Source: an uncultured Polaribacter sp.
Lineage (GTDB): Bacteria; Bacteroidota; Bacteroidia; Flavobacteriales; Flavobacteriaceae
Direction: 5' to 3'
Assembly (NCBI GenBank): GCA_943846585.1
Contig: OX044349.1
Location: forward strand, 1,028,008 to 1,092,007
Length of the DNA stretch: 64,000 bases
Part shown: one piece after another, positions 1 to 8,444 of the stretch
Numbering within the stretch: position 1 is the first letter of the stretch
How the letters are laid out: every line of letters begins with the position of its first letter
Position numbers and translations under genes: made by a program
The notes under the pieces: model-generated
What the model saw: only the letters and a program-made list of their open reading frames with translations
What the model was told of the DNA's origin: nothing
Databases searched by the model: none

Positions 1-1
1 T

Positions 2-271
2 CATGAACTTTCTGGTGGAGAACAACAACGTGTTGCTATTGCGCGCGCTTTATTAAATGACCCAGAATTGATTTTGGCAGATGAACCTACCGGGAATTTA
101 GATCCAAAAACATCTTTAGAGGTTATGGAATTACTCAATCAGATACATCAAAGCGGAAAAACTATTTTAATGGCCACCCATGATTATCAGTTGATCGTTA
201 AATTTAAACAGAAAACAATTAAATGTGAAGGAGGTCAATTGTTTGAAGTTGCACAACAAGTTATTGTATAA
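2..271 (+). CDS. ftsE: Cell division ABC-type ATPase FtsE, 3' part (gene starts before the window)
   Basis: Frame open from base 2: [35 protein letters not shown] (ABC signature, Walker B, D-loop) and ATHD switch; no permease; short C-tail typical of flavobacterial FtsE. Confidence 0.8.
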   Translation, partial: HELSGGEQQRVAIARALLNDPELILADEPTGNLDPKTSLEVMELLNQIHQSGKTILMATHDYQLIVKFKQKTIKCEGGQLFEVAQQVIV

Positions 272-1149
272 TGCTATCCGTACTTATTCCAACATATAAC
301 TACAATGCTTTTGAGCTCGTAAATGAGCTTCATAAACAATTGCTGATATCGGAGGTGCTGTTTGAAATTATTTGCATTGATGACGGATCAAAGTCCACTT
401 TAAATCAACAAAACGAAAAAATAAACGACCTACCAAATGCACGATTTAATGCGTTAAAAAACAATATTGGGAGGAGCGCAATTCGAAATTATTTATCAGA
501 AGAAGCGACTTATAGCTGGTTGTTGTTTTTAGATAGTGATGTTTTACCAGCAAGCCCGTTGTTTATTCCTAATTATTTAAATCAGATTCAACATAAAACA
601 GGAGCTGTTTTTTGCGGGGGAATTCGCTATTTAGCATCCGATGAAAATAAAAAACTATTGCGGTATAAATACGGTATTAAGTTTGAAGAAATTAACTTGG
701 ACAAGCGAAAAAAACGACCGTATAAGTTTTTTTTTACCGCTAATTTTTTAATTGATAAAGCGCTCTTTCATAAGATTCGATTTGAAGAGAAGCTTGTAAA
801 ATATGGACGAGAAGATTTGTTGTTTTCACTGACATTAAAAGCAGAGAATTTTCCCATTATTCATCTCGAAAATGAAGTATATCACCTCGGTATAGATGCC
901 GATGCCGCATTTGTATCTAAAACCAAACAAGCAATGGAAAATATTGCTTTTTTAGCAGATACTAATCTGATTTTACCCAAAGAAGGGAATTTATTAAAGA
1001 CGGTGTATTATTTGTCTCTGTTTGGTATTTCTTATACAGTCGGGAAACTAAGCCATTTCTTTGAGAAAAAGGCAATAAAAAACGCCTCAATTTTTTATTT
1101 AAATTGTTTCAAAGTCTGTTATTTATGTTCTTTAAAAAAAGCGTTATAA
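271..1149 (+). CDS. Glycosyltransferase family 2
   Basis: N-terminal LSVLIPTYN, IDDGS, GRSAIRN and LLFLDSD (DxD) motifs; TAATG overlap with ftsE. Confidence 0.9.
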   Translation: MLSVLIPTYNYNAFELVNELHKQLLISEVLFEIICIDDGSKSTLNQQNEKINDLPNARFNALKNNIGRSAIRNYLSEEATYSWLLFLDSDVLPASPLFIPNYLNQIQHKTGAVFCGGIRYLASDENKKLLRYKYGIKFEEINLDKRKKRPYKFFFTANFLIDKALFHKIRFEEKLVKYGREDLLFSLTLKAENFPIIHLENEVYHLGIDADAAFVSKTKQAMENIAFLADTNLILPKEGNLLKTVYYLSLFGISYTVGKLSHFFEKKAIKNASIFYLNCFKVCYLCSLKKAL

Positions 1150-1962
1150 ATGAAAAGAGCAGCAATCTCAAAATTGATTTATCAAAATATAAAAGACCAT
1201 CAATTGCAGTTGAAGAAGCAATTCTTGGCCAGTAAAAATAAAATAGGGTTTTTTTATTTAGATGCGCTTTTGCCCGAAGAAATTGCTTTAGAAATATATA
1301 ATAAGTTTCCTGATTTAGAACGAACTGTAGCGCGAAAGAGTTTGAGAGAACGAAAGTTTACAGCTTATCAAATGAATACTTATGATTCCCTTTTAGAAGA
1401 AGTGGTATTTGCCTTTCAAGATAAAAAAGTAGTGCAACTCGTTTCAGAAATTTGCGGAATTAAAGAGTTGCTTCCCGATCCGAATTTATATGCTGGAGGC
1501 GTTTCGTTAATGACAAAAGACAGTTTTTTAAGTCCACATTTAGACAATTCTCATGATAAAAATCGAGAAAATTGGCGGGTTTTAAACCTTCTTTATTACG
1601 TAACACCAGATTGGGAGCTTGCAAATGGCGGAAACTTAGAAATATGGCCCAAAGGATTGCAACAAGCGCAAATTACAATAGAAAGTAGATTCAATCGATT
1701 GGTGGTCATGGCAACACATCAAAATTCGTGGCACTCTGTGAGTAAAATTGTTGAAAACAAAGTAAGGTGTTGCGTGTCCAATTATTATTTTTCTAAAGAA
1801 CCTTTGTTACCAACAGATACTTTTCATGTGACCACTTTTAGAGGTTGGCCAAAAGAAAAATTAAAAGACGTTCTTTTACAAATTGATAATAAAATTCGAT
1901 CCAGTGTGCGTTTTTTATTCAAAAAAGGCGTTCGAGAAAATCCCCACCAATACAAAAAATAG
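1150..1962 (+). CDS. 2OG-Fe(II) oxygenase (prolyl-4-hydroxylase-like family)
   Basis: HxD (SPHLDNSH), distal His (SWHSV), 2OG-binding Arg (RCCVSNYY), LNLLYYVTPDW and GGNLEIW motifs; starts immediately after the GT2 stop. Confidence 0.85.
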   Translation: MKRAAISKLIYQNIKDHQLQLKKQFLASKNKIGFFYLDALLPEEIALEIYNKFPDLERTVARKSLRERKFTAYQMNTYDSLLEEVVFAFQDKKVVQLVSEICGIKELLPDPNLYAGGVSLMTKDSFLSPHLDNSHDKNRENWRVLNLLYYVTPDWELANGGNLEIWPKGLQQAQITIESRFNRLVVMATHQNSWHSVSKIVENKVRCCVSNYYFSKEPLLPTDTFHVTTFRGWPKEKLKDVLLQIDNKIRSSVRFLFKKGVRENPHQYKK

Positions 1963-3051
1963 TTAGTGTAGCTTTTCAAAAATAGCAAGTAAGTCTTGCT
2001 CTTGATGCTCCCAAATTAAATCATTTTTGGCCGCTTTTAACGCAACAGAGAAATTTTTATCTAGGAGTTTTTCAATCTGTTTTGCTAACATTTTTGGAGT
2101 ATTATCGGCAACTATTTCACCCACTTTATAGGCGGTTACAATTTTCTTCATTTCTGGCAAGTCAGCAACTAAAACTGGTATTTCAGCCTGTATATAATCA
2201 AATATTTTATTGGGCAAGGCATATCGGTAATTTAATCCAAGATCTTCTTCTAAACTGATTCCAAGATCCGCCAATGGGGTTATTGAATGCAATTTTTGAG
2301 GTGAAACCTGTCCCAATAGCTTTATTTTATTTGCTAAGTTTTTCTTTAGAATCAAGGTTTCTAATTCATTGAATATGTCTCCTGTTCCGATAATCACGAA
2401 GATGCAATTAGGAAGAAACGCCATGCTGTCAATCATTAGTTCCAACCCCCTCCCTATGTTTACTGCACCCTGATAGAGGATGACTTTTTTCCCCGAAGTA
2501 TCAAATAAGAACTCGCCGATATGATTACTGTTTTTATATACTGGAAGATTGCGGATTACATTAAATTTCGTGGTATATTTTTTTGCATAATGCACTGCAA
2601 TACTATCGCAAACAGTGTAGGCGTTTTTTAAATTGGGAACGATCCAGTTTTCCAAAAGCGTCCATATTTTCTTCACAAAAGGACGATGTACCAATTCAGG
2701 AATTTCCGAAAATAATTCATGACTGTCAAAGACCACTTTTTTTCTTTGCAGTTTTCCAACCAAATAATTGGGCATTAGCGTATCTAAATCATTGGCCAAT
2801 AAAATTGTTTTCTTGGAGAGTAAGAGGAAAAAAAACAAACGAAGATTGAATTCAGCATAAAATAAAACCCCGTTTTGAAAAAGTAGTTTGATTCTTTTTG
2901 TTGTGTAATTACGGTGAAATGGTTTGCTGTTTTTGGTTCTTTTTCCAATCAATAAAACCTCATAGCCTCCATTGTAAAGCGTGTTGCATACCTTGTCTAC
3001 ACGTTGGTCTGTAGTGAGGTCGTTGGTTACAGAAACTATAATTTTTTTCAA
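1963..3051 (-). CDS. Glycosyltransferase family 4 (GT-B)
   Basis: VTNDLTTDQRV N-terminus, FDSHELFSE, ALPNKIFDYIQAEIPV (ExxxxG-like GT4 region). Likely TTG start at 3051; ORF track extends to 3081. Confidence 0.88.
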   Translation of the reverse strand: MKKIIVSVTNDLTTDQRVDKVCNTLYNGGYEVLLIGKRTKNSKPFHRNYTTKRIKLLFQNGVLFYAEFNLRLFFFLLLSKKTILLANDLDTLMPNYLVGKLQRKKVVFDSHELFSEIPELVHRPFVKKIWTLLENWIVPNLKNAYTVCDSIAVHYAKKYTTKFNVIRNLPVYKNSNHIGEFLFDTSGKKVILYQGAVNIGRGLELMIDSMAFLPNCIFVIIGTGDIFNELETLILKKNLANKIKLLGQVSPQKLHSITPLADLGISLEEDLGLNYRYALPNKIFDYIQAEIPVLVADLPEMKKIVTAYKVGEIVADNTPKMLAKQIEKLLDKNFSVALKAAKNDLIWEHQEQDLLAIFEKLH

Positions 3052-3217
3052 TATGGGTTGTTTCCTGCAATATAAAGACAATAAATCATTTTAGGAAAAA
3101 AATTAAAAAAGTTATCGTATTTTTAACGTGTTGAAAGTCTTTAAATTTTTCTGTTCTCTATTCAAAAATGAACAAGTGTTTTCAAAAAAAAACGCAAAGA
3201 ATCCGATACTATAAAAA

Positions 3218-4726
3218 ATGAAGAAAATACTTTTTTTGATCTCGTTACTATTGTTCTCCTGTTCAGAGGAACCAGAATTGCTTTTTACTACTCCTGGAGA
3301 ATTGACAACCTTCGCCTTTAAAAAATCGATTAACCCAAATTTAACATCCGATTTGGTGTTGAATTTTGACGGTGTGGATACCTTCACAGGATCCTTGAAT
3401 TACCGAACAGCCATCGAAAATTTAGTAGCTACTTTTGAAACTGTAGGAGGAACGGTGACCGTTCAAAACGTTCCGCAAATAAGTGGAGAAACCGAAAACG
3501 ACTTCAATCAAGTTGTTACTTACACCGTTTTAAATTCTGACGGCACCAACCCAAGGAATTATTATATAGACATTACCTACTTTACGGGATTGCCGGTCAT
3601 TTCAATTCAAACCAATGGAGTTTCAATCGATTCCAAAGAGAATTATGTAGTAGGAACGGTAAGCATACAAGGGGCTCGAGAATTTGAAAACCTTGAAGAA
3701 CAAGCAATGAGTATCCGAGGAAGAGGAAATTCTACTTGGTTTGGTCCGCCTAAAAAACCCTATCAATTAAAATTTAGTGATAAAACAGCCATTTTAGGCA
3801 TGCCCAAAGATAAAAGATGGGTTTTCTTAGCGGAGTATTCAGACAAGTCGCTTTTAAGAAATAAAATTTCTTTGGAATTGGGCGCTATGAGTGTGCTTGA
3901 ATATACACCAAAGGGTGAATTTTCTGAAGTATTCATAAACGACGAATACAACGGAACCTATCTCGTTGTCCAAAAAGTAGAAGTGAAGAGCAATCGCCTC
4001 GATTTGCCCGACAATGGATATTTAGTGGAGATCGATCAATACTATCGCTTAGGAGCTGACGATGTGTTTTTTCAACCGACAATTTTTACACAAAATTATT
4101 CAGAAAACGTTTTTGCAGTAAAAGCACCCGCTTTAGATTTTGGCAGTCCAGAACTTGCTTTGATTGAGGAACACATCAATGTTTTTGAGGCCGTCTTGTT
4201 TGGAGACGATTTTAAAAACCCAACAACAGGCTATCGAGCATACATTGATTTGCCTAGTTTTGTAGACTGGTACCTCATCCAAGAAATCGCAAAAAGTGTA
4301 GATGCCAAATGGTATTCTAGCATCTATTTTAACTATCTGCCCGGCGAAAAAATTAAAATGGGTCCATTGTGGGATTTTGATCTTTCATATGGCAATGTAG
4401 ATTATGCAGACTCTAGGTATTCCGAAGGTTTTTGGATCAAAGACAATCCTTGGTATGCACGTTTATTTCAAGACCCATATTTCGAAAACTTGGTCAAAGA
4501 ACGCTTTCTGTATTTTTATAACAATACTGATCTTCTTTTAAGCAACCTAGACAGTCATGAAAATTATCTGGTCTTAGCCCAAGAAAAAAACTATCAAAAA
4601 TGGCAAACTCTTGGCACCTATGTTTGGCCAAACCCTGTTTTTTTCGATACCCATGCTGAGGAGGTTACCCACTTGAAATCGTGGATTTCCAATCGGATGA
4701 GTTGGCTGTATGGTCAGTTTAATTAG
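3218..4726 (+). CDS. CotH-family atypical kinase, lipoprotein with N-terminal Ig-like (DUF5018-like) domain
   Basis: Lipobox LLFSC; CotH motifs IRGRGNSTW, KKPYQLKF, RWVFLAEYSDKSLLRN, MGPLWDFDLSYG. Confidence 0.85.
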   Translation: MKKILFLISLLLFSCSEEPELLFTTPGELTTFAFKKSINPNLTSDLVLNFDGVDTFTGSLNYRTAIENLVATFETVGGTVTVQNVPQISGETENDFNQVVTYTVLNSDGTNPRNYYIDITYFTGLPVISIQTNGVSIDSKENYVVGTVSIQGAREFENLEEQAMSIRGRGNSTWFGPPKKPYQLKFSDKTAILGMPKDKRWVFLAEYSDKSLLRNKISLELGAMSVLEYTPKGEFSEVFINDEYNGTYLVVQKVEVKSNRLDLPDNGYLVEIDQYYRLGADDVFFQPTIFTQNYSENVFAVKAPALDFGSPELALIEEHINVFEAVLFGDDFKNPTTGYRAYIDLPSFVDWYLIQEIAKSVDAKWYSSIYFNYLPGEKIKMGPLWDFDLSYGNVDYADSRYSEGFWIKDNPWYARLFQDPYFENLVKERFLYFYNNTDLLLSNLDSHENYLVLAQEKNYQKWQTLGTYVWPNPVFFDTHAEEVTHLKSWISNRMSWLYGQFN

Positions 4727-4819
4727 ACCTTCCTACGTGAATTTAAAACCAAACTTCAACCCAACAAATACGTTCTGCTTTTTAAACTTGAAGCAAAGAC
4801 AATATCATAAAACTACTCG

Positions 4820-6877
4820 ATGAAAAAAATAATCTTATTGCTTTTAATTTTAGGTGTCAATTTTAAAAGTCATGCCCAAATAAACCCAGACAATATTGAA
4901 ATTATAAGAGATGCCTATGGCGTTCCTCATATCTATGCAGCAACCGACGTTGAGGTTGCTTATGGTTTTGCATGGGCGCAGGCAGAAGATCATTTTAAAC
5001 TGCTACAAGAAGCCTATATTGCCGGCAATGGAATGTTAAGCAAACACATTGGTTTAAAAGGAGCAGGCGCCGATTTCTTAGTACAGCTTATCCAAGCAGA
5101 AAAAACGGTTGACGATCAATACCATTCCCTCGATAAAAAATTCATTGCTTTGCTAGAAGGGTTTACCCAAGGACTCAATGCCTTTGCCAACAAACACCCA
5201 AAAGAAGTCCTTCAAAAAGCACTTTTTCCCCTCACACCTAAAAAGCTTTTACGCTATACCCAATTGCAATTATTCATTTCCAATGGTGCAGATAAATTGG
5301 TAAAAGGGATTGTAAATAATGAATTGTCATGGCCTTATGAGATTGAGCAAGATACCAAAGGATCCAATTTATTGGCCATTAGTAGGAGCAGAACCCAATC
5401 CAACGAAACCTTTTTAGCTATCAACACGCACCAACCTTTAGAAGGCCCTACCTCTTGGTATGAAGCCCATTTAGTCAGTGAAGAGGGAACCAATATTATT
5501 GGAGCTACCTTTCCAGGATCCCCGTGTGTTTTAACAGGCGCCAATGCGTTTTTAGGTTGGACACACACCGTTAATTATCCTGATAAAGCAGACGTGTATG
5601 CTTTGGAAATGCATCCCAGTAAAAAAGACGTGTATTTGGTAGATGCCGAAGAACATCGTTTAGAAAAGTACAAAGCAAGGGTACATTTTAAATTTTTGGG
5701 AATGCGAATTCCGGTGAAGAAAACCTTTTATAAAAGTATCTACGGACCTACATTGAAAAACAAAACAGGTGTCTATGCAGTGCGAACTCCAAGTACAACC
5801 AACATCAATGCCATTGAGCAATGGTGGAAAATGAACAAGGCGAAAAATTTCACTGAGTTTTATAAGGCATTAGAAATGAAAGCACTCCCGGGCTATAATA
5901 TTGGGTATGCCGACAGAAACGATACCATTTTTTATATTTCGAATGGTAAAATTCCGATTCGAGCTGAAGGATATGATTGGACGGATGTTGTTCCTGGAAA
6001 CACACGCGCTACGCTTTGGGATACCTATTACGATATTAAAGATTTGCCACAAGTGGTACGGCCAAAATCTGGATTTGTTTACAATGCCAATCATACTCCA
6101 TTTAAATCCTCAGGAAAAGCTGACAATCCGAAGCCAGAAAATTTTGCAAAAGCAATGAATTTTGAAACCTACGACAACAATCGTTCTACACGCCTGTTGC
6201 AATTGCTCGAAGCAGAAGAACATATCGATTATGAGCGTTTCAAACGCATTAAATACGACCATCAATTGCCCACTCCGTTGCAGTACAATTATATGGATTT
6301 GAATCCCTTGTTTACTATGAAACCGGAAGATTATCTAGCAGTAAGTGTGTTGTTGTCAGATATTAAAAATTGGGATAGAATTACCAATCCAACATCTTAT
6401 GGAGCAGGCGCCTATGCGGTTTTGTATTACCAACTCAGACCTTTTTACGATGCTTTGGGTGCAGATAGCACCTTTACCCATGCCGCATTGTTCAGCGCAT
6501 TGAAAAAAACAAAGGCCTATCTCAAAAAACATTTTAAGAAAGAACGCATTCAATTAGGGGAATTTCAGCAATTGGTAAGAGGCGATAAGGCCCTCCCTAT
6601 TTTTGGTTTGCCAGATGTGGTGACTGCCATGCGAGGCGTCCCATATAAAGACGGACGTATGAAAATAACCCACGGAGAATCCTATATCGGAATGGTGCGT
6701 TTTACGCCTAACAAAACCTACTACGAATCGGTAATTTCTTTCGGAAATAGTCGCAGACCTGAAAGCCCAAATTATACCGATCAGATGGATTTGTATGCCA
6801 AGTTTAAAACAAAAACCATGTCGTTTGAGCGTGCCGAAGTTGTAAAAACTGCCATTAAAACCTATGCGCCAAAATAG
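4820..6877 (+). CDS. Penicillin acylase-family Ntn hydrolase (secreted)
   Basis: Signal peptide; IIRDAYGVPHIYA, YGFAWAQAEDH, beta-subunit nucleophile GSN, NTHQP, WYEAHL, NANHTPF. Confidence 0.9.
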   Translation: MKKIILLLLILGVNFKSHAQINPDNIEIIRDAYGVPHIYAATDVEVAYGFAWAQAEDHFKLLQEAYIAGNGMLSKHIGLKGAGADFLVQLIQAEKTVDDQYHSLDKKFIALLEGFTQGLNAFANKHPKEVLQKALFPLTPKKLLRYTQLQLFISNGADKLVKGIVNNELSWPYEIEQDTKGSNLLAISRSRTQSNETFLAINTHQPLEGPTSWYEAHLVSEEGTNIIGATFPGSPCVLTGANAFLGWTHTVNYPDKADVYALEMHPSKKDVYLVDAEEHRLEKYKARVHFKFLGMRIPVKKTFYKSIYGPTLKNKTGVYAVRTPSTTNINAIEQWWKMNKAKNFTEFYKALEMKALPGYNIGYADRNDTIFYISNGKIPIRAEGYDWTDVVPGNTRATLWDTYYDIKDLPQVVRPKSGFVYNANHTPFKSSGKADNPKPENFAKAMNFETYDNNRSTRLLQLLEAEEHIDYERFKRIKYDHQLPTPLQYNYMDLNPLFTMKPEDYLAVSVLLSDIKNWDRITNPTSYGAGAYAVLYYQLRPFYDALGADSTFTHAALFSALKKTKAYLKKHFKKERIQLGEFQQLVRGDKALPIFGLPDVVTAMRGVPYKDGRMKITHGESYIGMVRFTPNKTYYESVISFGNSRRPESPNYTDQMDLYAKFKTKTMSFERAEVVKTAIKTYAPK

Positions 6878-6930
6878 CACCTGTTACAATTTACACACCT
6901 TCAATACCTATTTAAAAAGAATAATTATTT

Positions 6931-8151
6931 ATGAAACACATTGCTGCTCCTTTTACATTGCCCAACGGATCCGTCTTAAAAAATAGAATTGCAAAGTCTG
7001 CAATGAGTGAAAATTTTGGAACCCGAAAACACGCTCCTAGTAAGGGGTTGATACATGCATATCGGGTTTGGGCAAAAGGAAACCCAGGCTTGCTTATTAC
7101 TGGAAATATAATGGTAGATTCCATGGCATTGGGGGAAGCCCGCAATGTGGTTGTAGAAGATTACAAAGATTTTGAGCTGTTAAAACAATGGGCAAAATCT
7201 GTAGAAGGAACCGGAGTACATCTTTGGCCTCAAATAAACCATCCAGGAAGACAGGCCTTTGCAGCCATTAACAGAGAAATCGTAGCACCTTCTGCTGTAC
7301 CCCTTAAAATGGGCGGTGCTTCTAAAATGTTTAAAATGCCTACAGCTTTGACGGAAGAAGCGATTTGGGACATTATCAAACGTTTTGGAACCACGGCAAG
7401 AATCATGAAAGAAGCGGGGTTTACAGGCTGTCAAATTCATGGTGCTCATGGGTATTTGGTCAGTCAATTTTTATCACCCAACAGCAACATCCGAACTGAT
7501 CAATGGGGAGGATCTTTGGCCAACAGAGCGCGCTTTGTTTTAGAAATTTACCGAGAAATTCGCCGTCAAGTAGGCGCTGCCTATCCCATAGGCATTAAGA
7601 TTAATTCTGCAGATTTTCAGCGAGGAGGTTTTACCGAAGAAGCATCGATGGAAGTCGTTCGTATTCTCGGAAATGAAGGCATTGATCTGATTGAAATTTC
7701 TGGAGGCACCTATGAAAAACCTGCCATGATTACTGGAGATCGAAAGAAAAGCACCGTTGAACGCGAAGCGTATTTTTTAAGCTATATTGAGAAAGCACGA
7801 AAGCTTACAAAAACGCCTTTGCTCTTAACAGGAGGATTTCGTTCGGTTGCTATTATGGACAAAGCTTTGGAGGAAGGAAATCTTGATGTGGTTGGTTTGG
7901 CCAGACCCTTTTGTTTGTACCCTAATTTGGCAAATCAAATTTTTGATGGGTCTGTAAAACGTTTCGAAGCACCAATTCCGAGCATTGGAATCAAATTTCT
8001 CGACCAATTGGGGGGCGTAGAACTTCCTTGGTACGAGCTTCAAATTCAACGTCTTGGAAAAGGAAAATCGCCCAAAAAAAACCTGCCGGGCATCTTGGCC
8101 TTTTGGTTCAGTTTGAAGAGTTTGTTTTTTAAATCTTTTTGGAAGAATTAA
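6931..8151 (+). CDS. NADH:flavin oxidoreductase / Old Yellow Enzyme family
   Basis: NRIAKSAMSE, QINHPGRQ, QIHGAHGYLVSQFLSP, NIRTDQWGGS, GLARP motifs. Confidence 0.9.
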   Translation: MKHIAAPFTLPNGSVLKNRIAKSAMSENFGTRKHAPSKGLIHAYRVWAKGNPGLLITGNIMVDSMALGEARNVVVEDYKDFELLKQWAKSVEGTGVHLWPQINHPGRQAFAAINREIVAPSAVPLKMGGASKMFKMPTALTEEAIWDIIKRFGTTARIMKEAGFTGCQIHGAHGYLVSQFLSPNSNIRTDQWGGSLANRARFVLEIYREIRRQVGAAYPIGIKINSADFQRGGFTEEASMEVVRILGNEGIDLIEISGGTYEKPAMITGDRKKSTVEREAYFLSYIEKARKLTKTPLLLTGGFRSVAIMDKALEEGNLDVVGLARPFCLYPNLANQIFDGSVKRFEAPIPSIGIKFLDQLGGVELPWYELQIQRLGKGKSPKKNLPGILAFWFSLKSLFFKSFWKN

Positions 8152-8193
8152 CGACTCACTTATTTTTTAGGTACTCACGATATTTAAAGACGC

Positions 8194-8224
8194 AAAAACC
8201 CACAGCCTTAAAAAGTTGTGGGTT
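8194..8224 (-). terminator. Intrinsic terminator-like hairpin beyond the displaced ssrA 3' fragment
   Basis: AACCCACA(GCCTTAAAAAGT)TGTGGGTT stem with an A5 run giving a U-tract on the minus strand; same stem as the hairpin at 12521-12551; could also terminate the convergent OYE gene. Confidence 0.7.
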
Positions 8225-8232
8225 ATTACTTT

Positions 8233-8247
8233 GTGGAGACGCCGAGA
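8233..8247. repeat. Direct repeat of the ssrA 3' end (att-like site, distal copy)
   Basis: GTGGAGACGCCGAGA at 8233-8247 is identical to 12557-12571; 19/21 identity when extended to 8253. Confidence 0.9.
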
Positions 8248-8340
8248 CTTGAAGAGCTCTTTTAGGGTGTGCTTAAAACCCTTTAAAATTAGTAATTCCT
8301 CAATATTTTCGATCTATAAGCTATTTTTAAAAGGTTTTTA

Positions 8341-8377
8341 GAAGATGAATAGGATAGCATGAAGATGAATAAGATAG
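8341..8377. repeat. Imperfect 17-bp direct repeat pair, 20-bp period
   Basis: GAAGATGAATAGGATAG (8341-8357) and GAAGATGAATAAGATAG (8361-8377). Confidence 0.85.
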
Positions 8378-8382
8378 AGATA

Positions 8383-8404
8383 ATGTTGACTAGATGTTGA
8401 CTAG
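8383..8404. repeat. Perfect 11-bp tandem repeat, candidate integrase arm-type sites
   Basis: ATGTTGACTAG x2 (8383-8393, 8394-8404), about 135-155 bp inside the distal att repeat; function inferred. Confidence 0.7.
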
Positions 8405-8444
8405 AATTTCACTACTAATTTTTATTAAATCTAATTTCTCAGCT

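Noticed and set aside
4727-4810. Frame stays open for 27 codons after the CotH TAG stop (TFLREFKTKLQPNKYVLLFKLEAKTIS*), suggesting readthrough or a remnant
   Set aside because: An open stretch this short is expected by chance; the CotH C-terminus already looks complete and no motif is recognisable.
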